Positions 18,820-27,654 of a DNA stretch of 60,921 nt are shown here, in pieces. The position numbers and the translations under genes are program-made. The DNA is taken from IMG/VR virus record IMGVR_UViG_3300044491_001212, positions 1 through 60,921 of that record. One strand, given 5' to 3'. The notes under the pieces are model-generated. The model was given only the letters and a program-made list of their open reading frames with translations. It was not told the origin of the DNA and ran no database searches. How positions within the stretch are numbered: position 1 is the first letter of the stretch; every line of letters starts with the position of its first letter. Origin of the DNA: a virus. Its lineage: Duplodnaviria > Caudoviricetes.

Positions 18820-21275
18820 GAGATGTATTTAAGTATTTCAAATATGTAAGATCTCTCCAAGAAGATAAAGGGGCCGAAAAGGCAGCAGAGCTTGGTTATC
18901 AACACCAGGCTCGTGGTGTATACATCGATCCTAAAACTCAGAAGAAATATAAGAACGTTGGTGATAAGTTAGAACCTATTATTGATGAACCATCTGCCGA
19001 GAAAGGTGGTGGAGCAGCTGCAACAGAAAGACCTGAAAAGAAATCACTTGGCCAGTTCCAACAGGATGCTACTGGTGGTGCAGAACAAGATGCAAAGAGA
19101 GGAGATATTGATCCCAATAATGTAGAAGGTGGTATACCAGACCAAAAGAAAGTAGAGATACTTGCTAAGGGTATGTCTGGTGGCCGTTGGGATCAACTCG
19201 ATGCATCGAGAAGAAAACTTTTGATGCAAGCTGCCACCGAGAAGTTAGCACAGATCCAGGCACAACAGGCAGCTGCTGTGGAACCTGAGCCAGAACCTGA
19301 ACCCGAACCGGCCAAGGAACCGGCCAAGGCACCTGAAGATTTCCCTACCCTTGATGATAAGGTAAAGGAAGTTGAAAAGGCTGAGGAAAAGCCTAAACCC
19401 ACTTTGTCACAGTTCAAGAAGAAAACCGAAAAGAAACCTAAGAAAGGAAAGGCTCCATCCATCGCTGAGAAGAGAGAGATGGAAGCCGAGATGAATCTCG
19501 ACGATCTTTTGGATTCTATTAGAAAGGATGATTCTAATATTCAAGTTGATCATAAAGATCCTGATAGTATCTTCGTTCCTCAACCTGTTCCTGATGGTAA
19601 ACTGAAGGCTGCTGCTGTTAGTTCAACCACACCATCTCCAGTTCCACCTGAACCAGGTGAAGGTATTGAAGAGTATGATAATAGAAAGGATGATGGATAT
19701 GCAAAATCCATTTATAATGCTCCTGTTAAAGTTCCTGATGGTGAAAGAAGAGCTGATGTGATCTTTGGTGATTCTAAGAAAACTGATTTGATTGGTGAGA
19801 GTGCTTATATGGAAGCTGCCTTGAAGATCTTTGATGGTTCCTATGATACTGATGTTCTTGAAATGGTAGGACAGAAGAACTTGAAACCCGAAGATCAAAA
19901 GAAGGTTGATGATTTGCTCTCTGACATTAGAGACGCAATTCCCTCTAAAGGATTGGGTAAAGGGTGGGAAGAATCTGCTGCAAGAATGGTGAAACTCACC
20001 ACTCAACACATGGATCCATCCAGAAAATATAAGTTTGGTAAATCTGGTGATGGTAGAGAAGGTATGAGACTCACTACTGTTCCTGATGATATGCAGGATT
20101 TTACCTATGATCTTGCTAATGCAACTATTGAAAATAAGATTGGCAAAACAAAACTAAAAGAACTTCTTGGTAATGATACCGCTGGTATCATGGATCACTA
20201 TGATCCAACTGATGTTGTGTTCTTTGCTGAAGATGCAATCGAACCATTCATGAATCAGGTTCAAAGTTTGAGTGATGCCTATGATGATGGTGATCCTAAA
20301 ACAAGAGATCAAGATCTTCTCAATGGTATGAGAAAACTCAAACAAAAATTCATGGAAGATAGATCACTTCTTCCAATTTCACTCAAGAAACCTAAGAAAG
20401 GTAGTGATCCTCACTTCATCCCTCGTAATGTATCGGGTGATTATGATGAAGAAACCATGAATGGTGTGAGTTTCGATCTCATGACTGAGGGTAAGGATGG
20501 TATCAGTTGGGGATTTGATGGATCAAGGATGGGTGATCTTACCGATAACTTCTCCATGAACTTCAATATGAAGGATGATGTATATTCTGGTAACAAGTTC
20601 TCCATGCCTGTGATCAATCACCCTGGAGCTGGTCCTCATTCTAATGATCCATTTTCTAGAGTTGCAAATATTAAATCAGAACCTTCACTGAAAGGAGGAG
20701 CTGAGGCTAAACTTGGGATGCTTGATACTAAGTGGATTGGTAATAAGAAGGTGAATGAGATTCTTGGATATAACTTTGAAGAGAAGTATGGTAATAGGGA
20801 TGATAATCTTGGAATTAACTCTAAGAATAAAGCTGAACGATTTACTGATGAAGATAGAAAGGTACTTAAGAACCTTGTGAAAGAAGTTGCTGAACATGAA
20901 GGATCATCAAAGGTGAATATGAAACTCCCTAAGGGGATGGATGCAGAACAGTTCGTAGATGCTTTGATTGATGCTGATGATTTGATTCATGGTGAACTCG
21001 AAGGCAAGAGTATCAAGAAGGGTAAACGTGGCCAAGATGCCATGGATATCAACCTGGATGATGAACAGAAGAAAAGGATTAAAGAAAAGTTAGGTAGTAT
21101 TCCTGATGCAAACTTTAGATCTAAGATTAGAACTAAGTTCAGGCAACTGAGATATGCAAAACTCCTTCAAGAACTGGAGAAATCAGGTAAGTTGGGTGAT
21201 TTTGGTAAGGAATATATCTATAAGAACACCATGAAGATTGGTGACGAGTACAGTCCTTTCATCCTTCTGGGTTGA
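18816..21275 (+). CDS. large protein: N-terminal module shared with 22940, Pro/Glu-rich linker, possible PD-(D/E)XK-like domain
   Basis: N-terminus resembles 22940..24208; PEPEPEPEPAKEPAK linker; DPTDVVF...LLPISLKK motif. Confidence 0.55.
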   Translation: MRDVFKYFKYVRSLQEDKGAEKAAELGYQHQARGVYIDPKTQKKYKNVGDKLEPIIDEPSAEKGGGAAATERPEKKSLGQFQQDATGGAEQDAKRGDIDPNNVEGGIPDQKKVEILAKGMSGGRWDQLDASRRKLLMQAATEKLAQIQAQQAAAVEPEPEPEPEPAKEPAKAPEDFPTLDDKVKEVEKAEEKPKPTLSQFKKKTEKKPKKGKAPSIAEKREMEAEMNLDDLLDSIRKDDSNIQVDHKDPDSIFVPQPVPDGKLKAAAVSSTTPSPVPPEPGEGIEEYDNRKDDGYAKSIYNAPVKVPDGERRADVIFGDSKKTDLIGESAYMEAALKIFDGSYDTDVLEMVGQKNLKPEDQKKVDDLLSDIRDAIPSKGLGKGWEESAARMVKLTTQHMDPSRKYKFGKSGDGREGMRLTTVPDDMQDFTYDLANATIENKIGKTKLKELLGNDTAGIMDHYDPTDVVFFAEDAIEPFMNQVQSLSDAYDDGDPKTRDQDLLNGMRKLKQKFMEDRSLLPISLKKPKKGSDPHFIPRNVSGDYDEETMNGVSFDLMTEGKDGISWGFDGSRMGDLTDNFSMNFNMKDDVYSGNKFSMPVINHPGAGPHSNDPFSRVANIKSEPSLKGGAEAKLGMLDTKWIGNKKVNEILGYNFEEKYGNRDDNLGINSKNKAERFTDEDRKVLKNLVKEVAEHEGSSKVNMKLPKGMDAEQFVDALIDADDLIHGELEGKSIKKGKRGQDAMDINLDDEQKKRIKEKLGSIPDANFRSKIRTKFRQLRYAKLLQELEKSGKLGDFGKEYIYKNTMKIGDEYSPFILLG
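19281..19328 (+). repeat. Pro-Glu codon repeats and a perfect 12-bp tandem repeat (GAACCGGCCAAG x2 at 19305-19328)
   Basis: Read directly from the sequence. Confidence 0.85.
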
Positions 21276-21300
21276 TAAACCACACAGGATATGGTATACT
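21272..21300 (+). promoter_or_regulatory. sigma70-type early promoter for the MTase and sigma factor genes
   Basis: TTGATA-17 nt-TATACT with extended -10 TGn. Confidence 0.7.
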
Positions 21301-21327
21301 ATGGAAGTAAAGTGTTTATGATTTTCG

Positions 21328-22233
21328 ATGTCGATTGATTTTGAAAACAAACTGGTTGTATCTGATAATATTGAGTATCTGAAAACTCTCCCTGATGAGA
21401 GTATTGATATGTTCATTGGTTCACCACCATATGACAATCTTCGTGATTATAGTGGGGATGGTTATACTCTAAACATCCATGGATTGGGTGTAGAGATGCT
21501 TCGTACCCTGAAACCTGGTGGTGTATGTGTATGGGTAGTACAAGATGCCTGTGTGAAAGGTACTAGAACTGGTAGTAGTTTCCGTACAGCCCTTGATTTT
21601 ATGGATATTGGGTTTGGTTTGTGGGAAACATTGATCTATCAACGCCGTGGTGTGTGGAATCATAAAACCAGATTCCGTATGGATCATGAGTATATCTTTG
21701 TGTTCTCTAAGGGTAGTAAGTTAGCTTACTTTGATAAAGAACACATGAAAGTTCCATGCAAACACCCTAATGCTGTATACCATGGAACTACAAACATTGG
21801 CAAAGATGGTAAAAGAACTAAAGCTGGCGTAATTAGAGCAGGAGAAAAGAAGTGTAACGGTACAATCTTTAACTATAACTTCGGTGGAGATGGTAGTAAA
21901 CTGAAGAGTAAGCACCCGGCAGTGTTTCCTAACTTACTTGCACTTGATTTTATCGAGTGTTTCTGTCCTCCTGATGGTATAGTGTGTGATCCATATAGTG
22001 GTTCCGGTACCTCAGCAGTGGCCGCTAAATCAAGTGGTCGTCGCTACCTTGGAATTGATATCAGTGAGGAGTATACTGAGATTGGTAGAGAGCGGGTTGC
22101 TACTGAGTTCATTCAACGACCTGTTGAACGTAAACTTCCTGATACACCAAATGGTAAATCTATGGAAGATACAGAAGAAAATGATCTAAGTGAAGATCTA
22201 GAACCCAACACACTCGATAACTTTTTTTCCTAA
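21328..22233 (+). CDS. beta-class amino DNA methyltransferase (N4-cytosine likely, or N6-adenine)
   Basis: Motif IV SPPY near the N-terminus, HPAVFP, motif I DPYSGSGTS, GIDIS. Confidence 0.92.
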   Translation: MSIDFENKLVVSDNIEYLKTLPDESIDMFIGSPPYDNLRDYSGDGYTLNIHGLGVEMLRTLKPGGVCVWVVQDACVKGTRTGSSFRTALDFMDIGFGLWETLIYQRRGVWNHKTRFRMDHEYIFVFSKGSKLAYFDKEHMKVPCKHPNAVYHGTTNIGKDGKRTKAGVIRAGEKKCNGTIFNYNFGGDGSKLKSKHPAVFPNLLALDFIECFCPPDGIVCDPYSGSGTSAVAAKSSGRRYLGIDISEEYTEIGRERVATEFIQRPVERKLPDTPNGKSMEDTEENDLSEDLEPNTLDNFFS

Positions 22234-22911
22234 ATGAAAACTAAACGACTTTCTCATGTTGAAGAGATTGAACTCTGTAAAGAGGCTCAGAATGGTTCTG
22301 AGAAAGCCTTAGAAAGAATGGTTACTCATAATCTTGGTTTAGTTTCTAAACTTACCAAGAAGATGTACTATAAGAATGAACAATTCTCCTATGAGGATAT
22401 GTTCCAAGAAGGTGTGATTGGTTTGATGAAAGCCATTCGTAAGTTTGATCCAAAAGAAGGTTGTAGGTTCTCCACTTACTCCTACTATTGGATCTATTGT
22501 TTTGTAAGTAAGTTTCACACCAACCACTATGGTAGGGTTCGTGTTCCCTCTCATGTAAAAGAGAAACTCCGTAAGTTGGAGAAGAGTGATATCAAAGGTT
22601 TTACAACACTGAAGAATTCACTTCCTTATGTTGTATCCATGAACTCATCTATTGGTGAAGGTTCAACCCTAGAAGATCTGGTATCAGATGATTACTACAA
22701 AGAACTTGATTGTGAAGTAGAAGTGGTTATTGATCAGATGAGAAAGGTTCTAAATGAACGTGAATTTGATGTGATGTGTTATCGTTACGGGTTGGATGGT
22801 AAAGATCAACTCACACAACGTGAATGTGGTAAGGTGTTTGGTGTAAGTTACGCTATGATTCATCTGATTGAGAAAAAATCATTGGCCAAACTCAGGAGAT
22901 ATTTCAACTGA
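22234..22911 (+). CDS. sigma70-family RNA polymerase sigma factor
   Basis: Region 2 HNLGLV...EDMFQEGVIGLMKAIRKFDP..GCRFSTYSYYWI; region 4 LNEREFDV..YRYGL...TQRECG..FGVS. Confidence 0.9.
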   Translation: MKTKRLSHVEEIELCKEAQNGSEKALERMVTHNLGLVSKLTKKMYYKNEQFSYEDMFQEGVIGLMKAIRKFDPKEGCRFSTYSYYWIYCFVSKFHTNHYGRVRVPSHVKEKLRKLEKSDIKGFTTLKNSLPYVVSMNSSIGEGSTLEDLVSDDYYKELDCEVEVVIDQMRKVLNEREFDVMCYRYGLDGKDQLTQRECGKVFGVSYAMIHLIEKKSLAKLRRYFN

Positions 22912-22917
22912 TAAATA
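22910..22917 (+). promoter_or_regulatory. late promoter (NATAAATA)
   Basis: GATAAATA upstream of ATG 22940. Confidence 0.6.
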
Positions 22918-22939
22918 CTTTTATGGTTGTATATAGAAG

Positions 22940-24208
22940 ATGAAAGATTTTTTCAACTTCCTCTCTGAGGCTAGAGTATTTAAAGCTGCCGAAAAGGCAA
23001 AGAAACTTGGCCTCACTAGTGATGGATCAGGTGGATGGGTAGATAGACAAGGTAATGTTCAGGCTAGAACTGTAGGTGGAGAACTAGTATTCACTCAGAA
23101 GAAAGGATCAACTGCAGAAAGAGAAACAACAGGAAGAGTTGCTGCAGGTCAGGAAGATCCTAGGGCAAGAACTCAACAACAGACAGAACCTGAGGTTGAG
23201 AAGGGTGGAGATGAAGAAACTGATGGTGATATGAAGAATGGGGAGACAATCACCCTAGTCTTCGGTAGGTTTAACCCACCAACAGTTGGTCATGAGAAAC
23301 TACTTGATGCTGCAAAGACTGTTGCAGGTAGTGGAGAACTGAGGATCTATCCTTCAAGATCTTCTGACCCTAAGAAGAATCCTCTGGAACCAGATGAAAA
23401 GACTAACATGATGAAGAAGATGTTCCCTGATCATGCAGAGAACATTGTCAATGATGAAAATGTAAAGACTATCTTTGATGCCCTTAAGTTGGCATCCGAA
23501 GAAGGATATTCTAATGTAAATATCGTAGTTGGATCTGATAGAGTTGCTGAGTTTGATAGTTTGGCTCAGAAATACAATGGTAAGTTGTATAACTTTGATG
23601 AGATTGAAACCATTTCTGCTGGTGAAAGGGATGCAGAAGGTGAAGGTGTAGAAGGAATGTCAGCCTCTAAGATGAGAAAGGCTGCAACAGAGAATGATTT
23701 TGAGGCATTTAGACAGGGTATTCCATCATCACTGGATGGTAAAACTGCAAAACAGTTGATGAATACTGTTCGTAAGAGAATGAAAGTCACTACAGAGTCT
23801 TGGAGTCTGTGGGAGATTGCACCTAAGTTTGATTGGAGAAACCTCCGTGAGAACTATGTAACTGGTAAGATCTTTAACATCAGTTCATTGGTTGAGAACC
23901 TAAACACTGGTTTGGTTGGTAAAGTTATCCGTAGAGGAACCAACTATCTGATCTGTGTAACAGAAGATGACATCATGTTCAAGTCTTGGGTAAGAGATCT
24001 CAAGGAGTATCAAGAGAAAGATGTTCCTAGTAAAATGAGAGCACCTGGTAAACCAAACACTTTAGTTGGTACATCTGGTTATTTCAAACATGTTGCTGAT
24101 GTTACACCTGGGTTTGAGAAAGGTGATAAAACTAATCTTCAACCTGGTGGAAAACCATATAAGGGGTATGATATCAAAGCATTCATAAATAAGAATAAGA
24201 AAAAGTAG
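22940..24208 (+). CDS. cytidyltransferase-like (HIGH-superfamily) nucleotidyltransferase
   Basis: FGRFNPPTVGHEKL, VVGSDR, SAGERD, MSASKMR; N-terminus MKDFFNFLSEA resembles a capsid-targeting sequence. Confidence 0.85.
   Translation: MKDFFNFLSEARVFKAAEKAKKLGLTSDGSGGWVDRQGNVQARTVGGELVFTQKKGSTAERETTGRVAAGQEDPRARTQQQTEPEVEKGGDEETDGDMKNGETITLVFGRFNPPTVGHEKLLDAAKTVAGSGELRIYPSRSSDPKKNPLEPDEKTNMMKKMFPDHAENIVNDENVKTIFDALKLASEEGYSNVNIVVGSDRVAEFDSLAQKYNGKLYNFDEIETISAGERDAEGEGVEGMSASKMRKAATENDFEAFRQGIPSSLDGKTAKQLMNTVRKRMKVTTESWSLWEIAPKFDWRNLRENYVTGKIFNISSLVENLNTGLVGKVIRRGTNYLICVTEDDIMFKSWVRDLKEYQEKDVPSKMRAPGKPNTLVGTSGYFKHVADVTPGFEKGDKTNLQPGGKPYKGYDIKAFINKNKKK
24184..24191 (+). promoter_or_regulatory. 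late promoter (NATAAATA)
   Basis: CATAAATA upstream of ATG 24217. Confidence 0.55.
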
Positions 24209-24216
24209 TCAGAGAA

Positions 24217-25593
24217 ATGATTAATCCTCTTAATGAACTATCTTCTGTGTATCTGCAGAACATTGCTGAAGATTGTGGCAAGTGTTCTTGTGGTGGAAAG
24301 GGGTGTTCTAAGTGTGATAAAAAGAGAACACTAGAGATCAAGGGTTCTGGTAGTGTAGATGGTGGAGATGAGGCCAAACCTGGTAAGGATAAGAACTATG
24401 TGAAGCCTATGGCTACTGAGGAAAAGAAAGAAGAGGAACGTTCAGATTCAATGCCTAAGGGTGATGTTGGTTATGATATTCATAAACGTGCAATCAAACA
24501 ATACAACAAACAAAACCCTAGCAAAAAGGTAGCAGAGGAGAAGGAAGAATCTAAGATTGGTGGTGGCAATCTGAAGAAGTTGGCAACAAAAGCCAATAAG
24601 AGAATTGATGCAGATGTTGATGGTGATGTAGATACTGATGATCCCAAATCAACTGAGATGGGTGAGTTCATTCCTTCCGCAGATGGTAAGAAAAAGGTTA
24701 AAACTAAGGCACGTTTTGAATCTGCTTATTCGAACTGGAAAGATGAATCACAAGATCTTCTAGAATATGTTGGTAGTTTGGCCGGTGTTGATGGTGAAAA
24801 CAATCTTCAGAACCCCAAGGCCAAGACTGATACTAAGGCTGGTGAGAAGATCACTGAGAAGAATGTGAAGAACAAAATCTTAATCAATCCTCCTCAAGGT
24901 ATGGTTGAAGCCTTTGCTGAATTTGGTGGTGTGATTACAGAGATGTATGAGATCAGTGAGAAGATTGATATCGCAAAGGCTGATATGGGTGATGTTGTAA
25001 AGGATTTCCGTAAGTCTGATGCCCCTCAGTTCAAAGGTAAGTCAGATAAGAAGAAACAACAGATGGCCGTTGCAGCTAAATTGGCTACGGAAGAGACTGA
25101 TGAAGACAAGAAGAAGAGGGATCTAGAGACTAAAACCAAGGAACATGATGATAAGAGATCTGGTAAATTAGCTGAGGCTGATATGACTGGAGCTCCTTCT
25201 ATCAAAGATGCCAAACCAGCAAAGAAAACCAATGTGAAGTATGATCCTCACATGAAAGTTATGGCTCCTACCATTAAGAAAGAGGGTAGAGCATTGGCTG
25301 GTGTTCTTTCTACTATCAGAGCCAAGAATGGTATGGGAACTGTAACAGCCAAGGGAGCTGATAAACTACAGGATAAGAAAGATAAGGCTATGGGTGAAGA
25401 GATGTCTGTGAAAGATCAGATGGCAGACACTATTAAGTACAACAAAATGAATCCTCGTAACCCTAATCCTGATCACAGGGCAATCCGTGGTAAGATGTTG
25501 AAGAAACCCCTTCCTAAAGATACTAGACCTGATGACAAGAAGATGACTGATGCTACTGGACCCAGACCTGGATCTAACTACAGAGGAGACTGA
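24217..25593 (+). CDS. K/E-rich late protein, probable internal head protein
   Basis: DADVDGDVD and DFRKSDAPQFKGKS..K..QMAVAA segments; N-terminal CGKCSCGGKGCSKC. Confidence 0.6.
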   Translation: MINPLNELSSVYLQNIAEDCGKCSCGGKGCSKCDKKRTLEIKGSGSVDGGDEAKPGKDKNYVKPMATEEKKEEERSDSMPKGDVGYDIHKRAIKQYNKQNPSKKVAEEKEESKIGGGNLKKLATKANKRIDADVDGDVDTDDPKSTEMGEFIPSADGKKKVKTKARFESAYSNWKDESQDLLEYVGSLAGVDGENNLQNPKAKTDTKAGEKITEKNVKNKILINPPQGMVEAFAEFGGVITEMYEISEKIDIAKADMGDVVKDFRKSDAPQFKGKSDKKKQQMAVAAKLATEETDEDKKKRDLETKTKEHDDKRSGKLAEADMTGAPSIKDAKPAKKTNVKYDPHMKVMAPTIKKEGRALAGVLSTIRAKNGMGTVTAKGADKLQDKKDKAMGEEMSVKDQMADTIKYNKMNPRNPNPDHRAIRGKMLKKPLPKDTRPDDKKMTDATGPRPGSNYRGD

Positions 25594-25784
25594 TTTATCA
25601 TTTAGAACAATCTGATTATGATAGATACGACAAACAGGAGAAACAATTCAAGAAGGATGATGCCAGAATGAAGTATGGTAGAAACTTTAAAGACTTTATG
25701 TCTGGTAAAGAGAAACCCCTGAAACCTGGTGAAGTTAAAAGGTATGACAAGATGGAGAAAAAGTGGGTCTCAAATAAAGATTGA
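25590..25784 (+). CDS. small protein with uncertain start (CTG/ATT, or a downstream ATG)
   Basis: Open frame LIYHLEQSDYDRYDKQEKQFKKDDARMKYG...LKPGEVKRYDKMEKKWVSNKD; GAGGAG just upstream. Confidence 0.5.
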   Translation: MIYHLEQSDYDRYDKQEKQFKKDDARMKYGRNFKDFMSGKEKPLKPGEVKRYDKMEKKWVSNKD

Positions 25785-25815
25785 TTCATATATAGTGTAG
25801 TTATGAACTATCACT

Positions 25816-26016
25816 ATGCTATCCTTTCTACTACCACTAGCATCCAAAATTATCTCTGATGCAGTTGCAAAGATTCCCGAGAATGAAGAACTCGGTGAGA
25901 AGATGGTTGAGATCTGTCTTACTATTCTTTCTAAAGCAGTTAAGCTGACCAAGACTGATATGGATGATCAACTTCTTGAAGTTGTCACCAAGGCAATCAA
26001 AAACAGAGAAGAGTGA
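25816..26016 (+). CDS. conserved small hypothetical protein
   Basis: MLSFLLPLASKIISDAV...KAVKLTKTDMDDQLL. Confidence 0.7.
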   Translation: MLSFLLPLASKIISDAVAKIPENEELGEKMVEICLTILSKAVKLTKTDMDDQLLEVVTKAIKNREE

Positions 26017-26019
26017 CAT

Positions 26020-26048
26020 TAGAACCCCTATAGGGGTTCTATTTTTTT
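26020..26048 (+). terminator. intrinsic terminator
   Basis: TAGAACCCC-TATA-GGGGTTCTA followed by T7. Confidence 0.85.
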
Positions 26049-26055
26049 ATAAATA
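26048..26055 (+). promoter_or_regulatory. T4-type late promoter
   Basis: TATAAATA. Confidence 0.75.
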
Positions 26056-26090
26056 TTTACTAACATAACAAAGTTTATTAAGGCAAAAAC

Positions 26091-26606
26091 ATGGCACTTT
26101 GGGGAAATAACGACGCAGTGGGCTCTGTTGGAGCCGTTGTATTGGATTATGATACTGGTGTAGTCACTGGAACTGGTACAACCTTTGGTCAGGTTGGTGC
26201 AGCTCAAGAAGGTGATGTTATTCGTTTCGGTACAAAAGCAACTACTTACTTTGGTGATGCTGTAATCGTTTCAATTGCAGGTACTGACTCACTTACTATT
26301 GGATCTACCGCAGGTCTTAGTGGGGCAGCAATTGCTGGTGTTACATATGGAATCAGTCAACTTCCAAAATACACTGTTCTTGATTCAACCTATTCCGAGA
26401 AGGGAACACCATCTGGTGATTCGTTCGTATATGGTGTGAACGGTGCAGAAGGTGTTTCAACCAAGTATCAAGTCACTCATGAAGGTTGGGTTGGTGTTAC
26501 TACATACATTGACACTAGCGGAGAACTGAGAGTCAAGAAAGAGACTCTAGTTGCAATGTCCGGTATTACTACTGGTGGAACTGCTTATCCGACACCTGCA
26601 GAATAA
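26091..26606 (+). CDS. virion structural protein
   Basis: MALWGNND...HEGWVG...GELRVKKETLVAMS family; late promoter. Confidence 0.7.
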   Translation: MALWGNNDAVGSVGAVVLDYDTGVVTGTGTTFGQVGAAQEGDVIRFGTKATTYFGDAVIVSIAGTDSLTIGSTAGLSGAAIAGVTYGISQLPKYTVLDSTYSEKGTPSGDSFVYGVNGAEGVSTKYQVTHEGWVGVTTYIDTSGELRVKKETLVAMSGITTGGTAYPTPAE

Positions 26607-26610
26607 TTAG

Positions 26611-27003
26611 ATGAGATTTAATGAATTGAACGCAGATAACTTTCTGCTATTTGCCATTAAAAATTATGAGAATCCTCAGGCAGTCAGTGTTGATGATTTT
26701 GAAAAAGATTTAAACATCTTTCGATACATCAAACGACTCCTGAGGAAATATAAGAATGGTTCAGATCTGAAGGTTCATCTCCTGATAAATCATTTTATTA
26801 TTCTTTATAACATTTTTGGAGATGCTGCAACTCCTATGCTTTTCTTTAAGCTAGATGAGGACTTGTGGCCATCTCTTAAGGCTTTTGTTTTGATTTTGAA
26901 TAGGTTACCGGATTATCCAAGAACAGCTATACATGATCTTGAGATTGATGAATATTGTTTAAACGAACTCCGAGGTATTACTGATGGAAAGGGAGAAGAT
27001 TGA
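26611..27003 (+). CDS. conserved T4-like hypothetical protein
   Basis: FLLFAIKNYENP...YIKRLL...LLINHFIILYNIFG. Confidence 0.75.
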   Translation: MRFNELNADNFLLFAIKNYENPQAVSVDDFEKDLNIFRYIKRLLRKYKNGSDLKVHLLINHFIILYNIFGDAATPMLFFKLDEDLWPSLKAFVLILNRLPDYPRTAIHDLEIDEYCLNELRGITDGKGED

Positions 27004-27295
27004 TAGGGTTATTAATGCATTTCGTACTGCAATGTATAATGAGTTCAGTGTCAATGAGGAAGGCATGGTGGCAAATCCTCCTGGGGGATCTGGCGGATTT
27101 AGTGGCTCCTCCGCTGCTGCTGGTCCTACTGCTGGTTACGACTCCACTATGAAACTCGATGGTCGTAATAAGTTTGTGAGAAAGGCCATCAGTGATCTGA
27201 TGAGTAGGAAAGAAAAAAGAGAAAAAAGAAAAGCCAAAAAGAAATCCTTAGACTTCAATCCCTACTTCAAACATCAAGATGGACGATCAAGTTAA
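26984..27295 (+). CDS. hypothetical protein
   Basis: Gly-rich GPTAGYD segment and basic C-terminus. Confidence 0.65.
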   Translation: MEREKIDRVINAFRTAMYNEFSVNEEGMVANPPGGSGGFSGSSAAAGPTAGYDSTMKLDGRNKFVRKAISDLMSRKEKREKRKAKKKSLDFNPYFKHQDGRSS

Positions 27296-27653
27296 GTTGG
27301 CCATACTACAACAGAGGGTAGATGATATCAAACCTCTTTTAGATAAACTAGATCAAACTATTGAAAAGTTATCTGAGGTAAATACAACAGTTAGCAGAAT
27401 GCTTGCTGTTCATGAAGAAAGATTATCAAAGTCAGAAGAAGTTGACTCCGTATTATTTGCTAAAATTGACGAACTCCGTGATAAAATGGACTCAGATCAT
27501 CACAGTGTCTTGTCAAGAATACAGGATCTAGAGAAAAAAGTGTGGGTAGGTATTGGGTGTGTCGTAGCTGTGTCGATTATAATTCAAACTGGGTGGATCG
27601 ATTTGACTCCCAGATCAGTATCAGATACAATAGTCAGTAGTTATTCTAAGTGA
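27279..27653 (+). CDS. coiled-coil protein with C-terminal transmembrane segment
   Basis: IEKLSEVN..VSRMLAVHEERL...RIQDLEKKVWVGIG. Confidence 0.7.
   Translation: MDDQVKLAILQQRVDDIKPLLDKLDQTIEKLSEVNTTVSRMLAVHEERLSKSEEVDSVLFAKIDELRDKMDSDHHSVLSRIQDLEKKVWVGIGCVVAVSIIIQTGWIDLTPRSVSDTIVSSYSK
27603..27631 (+). promoter_or_regulatory. sigma70-type promoter for primase/nrdAB
   Basis: TTGACT-17 nt-TACAAT. Confidence 0.65.
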
Positions 27654-27654
27654 T

